Assembly: GCA_965199495.1 (NCBI GenBank)
Contig: CBDASK010000003.1
Span: 3,488,001 to 3,552,000 of the forward strand
Reading direction: 5' to 3'
Length of the DNA: 64,000 nt
DNA from: Abditibacterium sp.
GTDB taxonomy: Bacteria; Armatimonadota; Abditibacteriia; Abditibacteriales; Abditibacteriaceae
Part shown: positions 1 to 7,131 of the stretch, one piece after another
Layout: each line of letters begins with the position of its first letter
How positions within the stretch are numbered: position 1 is the first letter of the stretch
Translations under genes and position numbers: made by a program
Notes under the pieces: model-generated
Databases searched by the model: none
Told to the model about the DNA's origin: nothing
What the model saw: only the letters and a program-made list of their open reading frames with translations

Positions 1-253
1 ATGTGCGGCCCGCGTAAGCCGCCGAAATATATTTGTTCAGCGTCGCCAACCGTTGTTGAGAGAGCGGGCGTTTGGCGGGCGCGCCGCGTCCCAAAATGCA
101 CCACACGATTTGCGGATCGGCGCCTTGGATGCGAAAGAATAAATCACCGAATCCGCTCGTCCATTCGATTAAAGGCGGATTGGATAGACGCGGCGTGGCT
201 GCAAGGTGTAGCGTGTCGGGGAAGGGCGCGAATAAATCGGTGATTTTCATGCG

Positions 254-784
254 TTATTCTTCGTCGCCGACCGGAACGAAAACTTCGGCTTCTAATTCCG
301 GCAACGCCGTTTGCAACGCGCTGTCTTCGTCGTAAACCTCGACGTTGCCACCGGCTCCGGTGCCCAGCGCCAAAACTGCCGGTTGACCGTCGTGATGTAG
401 CAACAGCCAGCTCGCTTCGTCCGATCCCCACAAATCGGCGCCCATGTTGGCCTGGCCATCAATCAGCGATAATCCGCCGCCTTCGGGCCGCGCCGTGATG
501 ACCGCGCGTGGCACGCCGTCGCGCCCGTTGATCGCCAGTGTCGCGCCCTCTTCGGTCGTGACGAGCGCCGCCAGATGGCCGCTTTCGGGCGCGTTGGCGT
601 CGGCGAAATGCAGCGTCGGGCCGTCGTCTTTAATGGCGATTTGCACGCTATAACGTTCGCCGTGGCTGATGCGCAGCGACGCGCAATGCAAGTCGAGGCC
701 GCCATCGGACAAAGCGATTTTGAGTTCGTGAAGTTGAGCGCGCAACTCGGCGATTTCGGCGCGCAGCGATTCGATTTCGGTCAT
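254..784 (-). CDS. Hypothetical protein (N-terminal coiled coil, beta-rich remainder)
   Basis: ORF 254..841; ATG at 784 gives MTEIESLRAEIAELRAQLHELK; no recognisable family. Confidence 0.7.
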   Translation of the reverse strand: MTEIESLRAEIAELRAQLHELKIALSDGGLDLHCASLRISHGERYSVQIAIKDDGPTLHFADANAPESGHLAALVTTEEGATLAINGRDGVPRAVITARPEGGGLSLIDGQANMGADLWGSDEASWLLLHHDGQPAVLALGTGAGGNVEVYDEDSALQTALPELEAEVFVPVGDEE

Positions 785-890
785 AATTGGGGGTGAAAGT
801 TGGAAGCAGGCGCAGCCGACTTCTGCTTTACATTTTGGCATAAATTGCGGCGTGCGTGACCGCGCGTGTTACAATTTATTGCGGTGATTT

Positions 891-1550
891 ATGGATTATT
901 CTCCCGATTGCTCCGAGTTTGAGAACTTATTGGAAGAGATTTTACCTTCGGCGCTCAAGACCGCGCTTTATCTATGCCGCGACGCCGACGACGCGCAGGA
1001 TTTGGTGCAGGACACCGCGATTCAGGCCTTTCGGCAGTTCGATAAATGGGAGAGTGGCACCAATTTCAAGGCATGGTTTTTGAAGGTGCAACACAACTGT
1101 TTTCTGGGCCGCTTGCGCCACGACGCGCGGCGCCCGCAAACCGTGCAGGTCGAGGACGAAGAAACCGTCGAGAGTTTGTTTTTGTGGGAGCAGACGCGCG
1201 GCGCCAAAGCGTGGGGCGGCGACCCGGCGGCGCGCTTGCTGGCGCAAATCGAGGGCGAGCAAGTCACCGACGCATTGCGCGGTTTGGCGCCCGAATTTCG
1301 CGCGGTCTGCACGCTGTTTTTCGTTCACGAAATGAGCTACGAACAGATCGCCGAAGTGACCGGCACGCCAATTGGAACGGTGCGTTCGCGATTGCATCGC
1401 GGGCGACGGCACCTGCAAAAATCGCTGTGGAAATTGGCGCAGGAACGCGGTTTGGTGGGCGACGAAATGGGCCACACTTTAGACAAAAGTCGCGCGCTGG
1501 CGGCGCTGGCTTTGCTGTTGGCGATTGGATCGGGAGGCTTTCATGTTTAG
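891..1550 (+). CDS. ECF RNA polymerase sigma factor (copy 1) with hydrophobic C-terminal tail
   Basis: DAQDLVQDT and NFKAWF (region 2); SYEQIAEVTGTPIGTVRSRLHRGR (region 4). Confidence 0.95.
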   Translation: MDYSPDCSEFENLLEEILPSALKTALYLCRDADDAQDLVQDTAIQAFRQFDKWESGTNFKAWFLKVQHNCFLGRLRHDARRPQTVQVEDEETVESLFLWEQTRGAKAWGGDPAARLLAQIEGEQVTDALRGLAPEFRAVCTLFFVHEMSYEQIAEVTGTPIGTVRSRLHRGRRHLQKSLWKLAQERGLVGDEMGHTLDKSRALAALALLLAIGSGGFHV

Positions 1551-1830
1551 AATCAAAGTTTTGGGATTGGATATTTACGGTTGTCGTGAGGCGCTACAAC
1601 GCTTGGACGATTTCACCGACCGCGAACTGGCGCCCGACGAAAATGGCAAAATCGAGCAACATTTGAAATTGTGCCACGAATGCGCGCGCAAGTTCAAGTT
1701 CGAGCGCGATTTGGTCGAAGGTCTGCGCGCCAAAGTCGAGCAGACCACGACAACCGACACACCGGAAATTAGCGCACTCAAAGGGCGTATCGCGGTATTA
1801 TTGGCGGCGGAAAGAGACGCGGAGAAATAA
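1543..1830 (+). CDS. Zinc-binding anti-sigma factor (zf-HC2/ZAS)
   Basis: C...HLKLCHEC motif; ATG overlaps the sigma 3' end; RBS GGGAGG at about 1532. Confidence 0.92.
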   Translation: MFRIKVLGLDIYGCREALQRLDDFTDRELAPDENGKIEQHLKLCHECARKFKFERDLVEGLRAKVEQTTTTDTPEISALKGRIAVLLAAERDAEK

Positions 1831-1839
1831 ACTTTTTGG

Positions 1840-1869
1840 ACGGGAAGCGAACTTTCGCTTCCCGTTTTT
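1840..1869 (+). terminator. Intrinsic terminator
   Basis: ACGGGAAGCGAA/TTCGCTTCCCGT hairpin followed by a T run. Confidence 0.8.
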
Positions 1870-1916
1870 CGCCGTCTCTACGCGGCGTTACATCGTGAAA
1901 CGTTGAATTTAACGCG

Positions 1917-1945
1917 CGGGGAACAACAGCCACGGCGTCGCCATT
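1917..1945 (+). promoter_or_regulatory. Putative ECF promoter GGAAC-N16-CCATT
   Basis: CGGGGAACAACAGC is identical to 3760-3773 and GCCATT follows in both. Confidence 0.65.
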
Positions 1946-1968
1946 GGAAGGGTTGAGCCAGTCCCGCT

Positions 1969-2250
1969 ATGTCCCTCACGTTTTTCAGTTGCGCCCGCAC
2001 GCTCGCGCGCCTCGACGATTATCTCGACCGCGAACTCTCGCCGCGCGAAACCACAATGGTGCGCGGCCATTTGCGCCTGTGCCACCAGTGCGAAGAAAAA
2101 TTCGCCTTCGAGCAACGTTTTGCCGACGTTCTGCGCGAAAACATCGCGGCAATTACGCGGCTGGAAACTGAGGCGTTCAAAGGGTTGCCGACGCGAATGT
2201 TGGCAGCGCTCGACGAACTGGAAAACACGGCGGCTCCTTCCCATGTCTGA
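1969..2250 (+). CDS. Stand-alone zinc-binding anti-sigma factor (zf-HC2)
   Basis: CARTLARLDDYLDRELS...HLRLCHQC; stop overlaps the start of the next gene. Confidence 0.88.
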   Translation: MSLTFFSCARTLARLDDYLDRELSPRETTMVRGHLRLCHQCEEKFAFEQRFADVLRENIAAITRLETEAFKGLPTRMLAALDELENTAAPSHV

Positions 2251-3585
2251 TCTGCAATACGGGCGCGACGATGCCCGCGAAATCGTCATCGTTGGCGGCG
2301 GATTCGGCGGGCTTTATGCCGCGCTCGAACTCGAACGGTTGCTGCAACGCGAACTGAAAGCTGGTCTCGTCAAAATCACGCTGATCGCGCGCGACAATTT
2401 CTTTTTGTTCACGCCGATGCTGCACGAAGTCGCGGCGGGCGATCTCAATCCGGCGCACATCGTCAACCCGATTCATTGTCTGCTGAAACAGACCGATTTT
2501 TTTTGTGGCGAAGTCGAAAGCTTTGATCTGGCGCACAAACGCGTGTGCGTGCGACACGGCGGCGCGCTCAGATCGCACGAACACACGCACACTTTGACCT
2601 ACGACAGTCTAGTTTTGGCGCCCGGCAGCGCCGCCAGTTTCGGTGACGTGCCCGGCGTATCTGCTGTCGCGCTGACGATGCGCACGCTGGGCGACGCCAT
2701 CGCGCTGCGCGGTCGTTTGATTGACGCGCTCGAAGTCGCCGACGCCGATTGTTTCGCGCAAATGCGTGCGCCGCTTCTCACGGTCGCCATCGCGGGCGGT
2801 GGGTTTTCGGGTGTCGAAACGGCGGGCGCCGTCAACGATTTTCTGCGCGACGCCGTGCGTCAATATCATCATCTCAAAGCGCAAAGCGTGCGCGTGGTTT
2901 TGATTCATAGCGGCCCGCGCGTTTTGCCCGAATTGGGCGAAAAGTTGGGCGATTACGCGACGGCGGAACTGCGCAAAACGGCGTCGAAATTCATCTGGGC
3001 GCGCGTGTCGCGGCCTACGAAGAAGGCGTCGTCGTGCTGGATAACGGCGAGCGAATTCCGACGGAAACGTTGGTTTGGACGGTCGGCAACGCGGCGCATC
3101 CGTTGCTTTCGCGGCTACCGACGCGCAGCGAACGCGGGCGCCTAATCGTCAACGAAAACTTGGAAATTCCCGAATGGCCCGACGTTTACGCGTTGGGCGA
3201 CGCCGCGCACGCTTTGGACGAAAACGGCAAACCGTATCCGCCGACGGCGCAACACGCGCTCCGTCAGGGCAAAGTCGTGGCGCACAACATCGCGGCGGGC
3301 TTGCGCGGCACGCCCAAAGAAGCGTTTCGCTTCAAAACGCTGGGCCAAATGGCGACTATCGGCAAACGCGCGGGCGTGGCCAACGTAATGGGCGTGCAGT
3401 TTTCGGGCATTTTGGCGTGGGCGATGTGGCGCACGATTTATCTGTCGAAACTGCCGCGCTTCGAGAAGAAACTGCGCGTCGCGCTCGATTGGACGCTCGA
3501 CTTGTTCTTCGCGCGCGATGTCGTGCGCTTGTCGTCGCCCGTCGCGCAGATGACGGAAGTAAAAATCGAGCCGGTGAAAGCGTAG
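2243..3585 (+). pseudogene. ndh: Type II NADH dehydrogenase-like FAD oxidoreductase, split by a one-base frameshift at 2975-2978
   Basis: VIVGGGFGG, FLFTPML, GGGFSGVE in the first frame; VYALGDAA, PPTAQHALRQG, LAWAMWR in the second; one extra A in AAAA restores RKNGVEIHLGARV. Confidence 0.85.
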
Positions 3586-3598
3586 GAAAATGAACGTT

Positions 3599-3634
3599 AA
3601 ACAACCGCGTTGCCTTTTGGCAACGCGGTTGTTT
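3599..3634 (+). terminator. Terminator-like hairpin after ndh
   Basis: AAACAACCGCGTTGCC-TTTT-GGCAACGCGGTTGTTT perfect palindrome. Confidence 0.7.
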
Positions 3635-3635
3635 C

Positions 3636-3729
3636 GTAGAGACACCGACTTGTCGTGTCTAAAACGTCGGAGTTGCCATTACGTTGAAGCATTTTTGACG
3701 TTTTAGACACGACAAGTCGGTGTCTCTAC
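3636..3729. repeat. GTAG-type REP doublet (REPIN-like)
   Basis: 33-bp perfect inverted repeat 3636-3668/3697-3729 beginning GTAGAGACACCGAC. Confidence 0.85.
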
Positions 3730-3759
3730 AGAATGGTAAATTCCTCTTAAATTTTCCAT

Positions 3760-3789
3760 CGGGGAACAACAGCGTGCGGCCTTGCCATT
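3760..3789 (+). promoter_or_regulatory. Putative ECF promoter GGAAC-N17-CCATT
   Basis: Matches the 1917-1945 motif; 44 nt upstream of the DM13 gene. Confidence 0.65.
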
Positions 3790-3832
3790 TGGAAAAGTGT
3801 AAGCGAGAACCGCTCGTCTTCCCTTTATCGCC

Positions 3833-4834
3833 ATGAAAAACTCCAACTCTTCCTCCTCGAATACCAAAAACCGATTCAACCCGCGCCACTGGAGCCGCGC
3901 CAAACAATTCGGTATCGGTGCGCTCGGCCTCGTCATTTTGACCGGGGGCTGGGCCGCGTTTCGTCCCGAAAAATTGTTCGTCAACGAGCGCGTCAACGAA
4001 AGTTTCCCCGCCCAAACCGTTGGCATGAGTGCGCCCGCTCTCGTCAGTGACGGCACCTTTACCAGCGAGGCGCATCACACGATGGGCGCCGCGCAAATTT
4101 ACCAGACCGGCGACAATTACACGTTGCGTCTTTCCAATTTCGTGACTTCCAACGGCCCCGATGTCCACGTTTATCTGACCAAAGGCCAAAGCACCGACAA
4201 CGCTTCGATCAAGAACGGCCAGTTCCTCGATTTAGGCGTGATTAAAGGCAACGTCGGCGACCAAAATTACAAACTGCCCGCCGGTTTCAAAATTGCGAAC
4301 TACGAGGGCGTTTCGATCTGGTGCAAACGCTTTGGCGTCGGCTTTGGCGGCGCCAACTTCAACGCCGAAACTAATGCTCACGCAGACGCCATGAAGCCCG
4401 CCATCGTGCAGGCTTCGATGCCCGTGGCTGCGATGGACGAACACAAAATGGCGCCTTCGCCCGCAGCAGCCACGCCGAGCGTGGTGACGACGGGCGCGTT
4501 TCAAAAAATCACTCACGCGACCAAAGGCACCGCGACCATCACCGAGAACGAACAAGGCCAGCGCGTGCTGACGCTGAAGGATTTCGAGACCGGCAAAGGC
4601 CCGAAACTGCATCTTTATCTGTATAAAGCCGAACAGGTCAAGAATAACGACGCCGCGAAAAAGCTCGTCGCCGCGAAGAAGTTCATTGATCTGGGCGCGC
4701 TGAAAAGCACGAGCGGCCCGCAAACTTATACGGTGCCCGCCGACATCGATTTGTGGGAATTTCTCAACGTCGGCGTGTGGTGCGACCAGTTCAAAGTCAG
4801 CTTCGCGACGGCTCCGTTGGCCTCGCCACAATAA
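3833..4834 (+). CDS. Membrane-anchored protein with two DM13 domains
   Basis: TM segment then FRPEKLFVNERVNE; two NGPD(V/L)HVYL/GPKLHLYL...DLG.(I/L)K...Q.Y.(L/V)P...WC..F units. Confidence 0.88.
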   Translation: MKNSNSSSSNTKNRFNPRHWSRAKQFGIGALGLVILTGGWAAFRPEKLFVNERVNESFPAQTVGMSAPALVSDGTFTSEAHHTMGAAQIYQTGDNYTLRLSNFVTSNGPDVHVYLTKGQSTDNASIKNGQFLDLGVIKGNVGDQNYKLPAGFKIANYEGVSIWCKRFGVGFGGANFNAETNAHADAMKPAIVQASMPVAAMDEHKMAPSPAAATPSVVTTGAFQKITHATKGTATITENEQGQRVLTLKDFETGKGPKLHLYLYKAEQVKNNDAAKKLVAAKKFIDLGALKSTSGPQTYTVPADIDLWEFLNVGVWCDQFKVSFATAPLASPQ

Positions 4835-4846
4835 TTAACGCAAACC

Positions 4847-4882
4847 AAAAGCGCGCCGCTCTTTTCGAGCGGCGCGCTTTTT
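4847..4882 (+). terminator. Intrinsic terminator
   Basis: AAAAGCGCGCCGCTC/GAGCGGCGCGCTTTTT. Confidence 0.85.
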
Positions 4883-4973
4883 CGTGGAGCTAATGGAATA
4901 ATGCCAAATCCAGTCGTCATTTGGGTGTGATTTGTCCGAGGAATCGCTTCGTTGGAAATAAAATTTCGCGAAT

Positions 4974-5001
4974 CGGGAACATTATCTTTGAAGGTTCTAT
5001 T
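4974..5001 (+). promoter_or_regulatory. Putative autoregulatory ECF promoter GGAAC-N16-CTATT
   Basis: CGGGAACA then CTATT at the same spacing as the 1917 motif; upstream of sigma copy 2. Confidence 0.55.
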
Positions 5002-5034
5002 GAACCTGTTGATTGCGAGAATAAACGAGATTCC

Positions 5035-5703
5035 ATGAACCATTCCCAAGAATACGAGGCGTTGCTCGGCGAGATTTTGCCCCATGCCTTCAAGACGGCG
5101 CTTTACCTGTGCCGCGACCGCGACGACGCCGAAGATTTGGTGCAGGATGCCGCGATTCAGGCGTTTCGGCAGTTCGATAAATTCGAGCGCGGCACCAACT
5201 TCAAGGCGTGGTTTTTGAAGGTGCAGCACAACTGTTTTCTGGGCCGCTTGCGTAGCGAAACGCGGCGCCCGCAAACCGTGCAAGTCGAGGACGAAGAGGA
5301 AGTCGGCGCGCTCTATTTGTTCGAGCAGACGCGCGGCGGCAAAGCGTGGGGCGGCGACCCGGCGGCGAATTTCGTGGCGCAACTCGACAACGAAATTATC
5401 GCCCAAGCGTTGCGTGGATTGGCGCCCGAATTTCGCGCGGTTTGCACGCTCTTTTTCGTGCAGCAGATGGGCTATGAACAAATCGCCGAAATCACGCAAA
5501 CACCGATGGGAACCGTGCGCTCGCGCTTGCATCGCGGGCGCCGACATCTGCAAAAAGCGTTGTGGGAACTGGGCCAGGAACGCGGACTGACGGAGAAATC
5601 AGCGCACGGGCGCACCGTCAACAAAAGCCGCGCGTCGCTGGTTTTGGCGTTGCTGTTGCCGCTCGTTCAATTGACCGCACTTTTGGGAGGACTTCATGTT
5701 TAG
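5035..5703 (+). CDS. ECF RNA polymerase sigma factor (copy 2) with hydrophobic C-terminal tail
   Basis: Close paralogue of 891..1550; ATG at 5035 aligns with the copy 1 start. Confidence 0.95.
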   Translation: MNHSQEYEALLGEILPHAFKTALYLCRDRDDAEDLVQDAAIQAFRQFDKFERGTNFKAWFLKVQHNCFLGRLRSETRRPQTVQVEDEEEVGALYLFEQTRGGKAWGGDPAANFVAQLDNEIIAQALRGLAPEFRAVCTLFFVQQMGYEQIAEITQTPMGTVRSRLHRGRRHLQKALWELGQERGLTEKSAHGRTVNKSRASLVLALLLPLVQLTALLGGLHV

Positions 5704-5986
5704 AATCAAAATTCTCGGTTTGGATATTTATGGTTGCCGCGAGGCCAAAGAACGTTTGGACGCCTACGTTGACCGCGAACTCGCGCCCGACGAAACTAAA
5801 AAAGTCGCGCAACATCTCAAAATTTGCCACGAGTGCGCGCGCAAATTCAAGTTCGAGCAGGAGTTAGTGGATGGTCTGCGCGAAAAAGTCGAACACGTTG
5901 ACGCTTCTGGCGCCGCAGAATTGGGCGCGCTCAAAGAGCGCATCGGTTCCTTGTTAGATCTGGAAAGCGCCAGCAACGAAATTTGA
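5696..5986 (+). CDS. Zinc-binding anti-sigma factor (zf-HC2), paralogue of 1543..1830
   Basis: MFRIKILGLDIYGCREA...HLKICHEC; RBS GGGAGG. Confidence 0.92.
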   Translation: MFRIKILGLDIYGCREAKERLDAYVDRELAPDETKKVAQHLKICHECARKFKFEQELVDGLREKVEHVDASGAAELGALKERIGSLLDLESASNEI

Positions 5987-5995
5987 GTTTTGAAT

Positions 5996-6033
5996 GAAAA
6001 ACGCGCCTCACGAACATCGTGAGGCGCGTTTTC
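5996..6033. terminator. Bidirectional intrinsic terminator
   Basis: AAAAACGCGCCTCACG/CGTGAGGCGCGTTTT between convergent genes. Confidence 0.85.
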
Positions 6034-6049
6034 GTTGTGTTGCTCTGTT

Positions 6050-6385
6050 TTAGCTTTGGCCCATCGCGCCGCAGCTTTGCGCGCATTTGCGGCAGGCGTC
6101 AACGCAATCTTGCATATCGCCGACGGCTTCGCACGAATCGGCGCACGCATTACAAATTTCGGCGCACTCAGCGCAAATATGATGATGATGCGCGGATTGG
6201 CGCAGCATGAAATCGGCGCTGACCTGACAGATTTGCGCGCAATCCATCATCAACTTAAAGTGCGTCGGCTCGACGTGTTTGCCGCCCGCTTCGAGGCAAT
6301 GATTGGCTTGCATATAAAGGCACGTCGCGTGGCAATCGAGACAGTTTTGGATGCACTGCTGCATCTCAGGAGATAAATTGTTCAT
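6050..6385 (-). CDS. Cys-rich four-helix-bundle copper storage protein (Csp3/DUF326-like)
   Basis: CIQNCLDCHATC, DCAQIC, CAECAEICNACADSC, CVDACRKCAQSC. Confidence 0.92.
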   Translation of the reverse strand: MNNLSPEMQQCIQNCLDCHATCLYMQANHCLEAGGKHVEPTHFKLMMDCAQICQVSADFMLRQSAHHHHICAECAEICNACADSCEAVGDMQDCVDACRKCAQSCGAMGQS

Positions 6386-6440
6386 GACACATTTTTAGCT
6401 CGCAAATAGGGTGCCGGGGTATAATAAGAATGAGGCGATT

Positions 6441-7073
6441 TTACAAAAGCGCGGTTTTTTGTGTGACGAAATCGGCGAGCCAACTGACGATTTGCGACAA
6501 CGGCAACGCGCTCGTATCCACGCACAATTGATAATTTTCCGGTGCCATCGAATTTTGTCCGGTCATCTGGACGATGGATTTGGCGCGCATCGAATCGGAG
6601 CGTTCGATTTTGGCCAGCGCTAAATCGGAATCGTTTGAATCGAGATATTCCATCACGCGCGCGACGCGGAAATCGAGCGGCGCATGAAGCAGGATCGAGA
6701 TTTTTTGCGGCGACGGCGGCAAAATATGCGTCGCGGCGCGCCCGACGATGACGCAATTATCGCGCGCCGCAATGCTTTTTAAAACTTCGGTTTCGGCATG
6801 AAAAACTTCATAATCTGAGGGCATTTGCGATGGCGCGGGCACGTAAGCCGCTTCGGGCGCGGCGACGACAAAGCCGGTGAGCATGCGCTCCCAAAACGGC
6901 AAAACGCGTTCTTCGCGCAATTCGATTTCCTGTTCTCGCAAATTGAATTGGCGGGCCGTTTCGCTAATAATTTCGCGGTCTATGCAGCGAATTCCCAGCG
7001 CCGTTGCCAGACTGTGCCCGATTTCTGAACCGCCGCAACCTAATTGGCGCGCTATCGTGACGACAAATTTCAT
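6441..7073 (-). CDS. Cytidylate kinase-like family protein
   Basis: VVTIARQLGCGGSEIG; CVIVGRAA; LHAPLDFRVAR. Confidence 0.88.
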   Translation of the reverse strand: MKFVVTIARQLGCGGSEIGHSLATALGIRCIDREIISETARQFNLREQEIELREERVLPFWERMLTGFVVAAPEAAYVPAPSQMPSDYEVFHAETEVLKSIAARDNCVIVGRAATHILPPSPQKISILLHAPLDFRVARVMEYLDSNDSDLALAKIERSDSMRAKSIVQMTGQNSMAPENYQLCVDTSALPLSQIVSWLADFVTQKTALL

Positions 7074-7131
7074 TTTGATTTTCCTCCGCGCTGGCTAAAA
7101 TTATCAAATCTGCGGCCCGCCAACGTTAAAT

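Noticed and set aside
2960..3030. Programmed -1 ribosomal frameshift in ndh
   Set aside because: No X XXY YYZ heptamer or clear stimulator; an error or recent mutation is simpler
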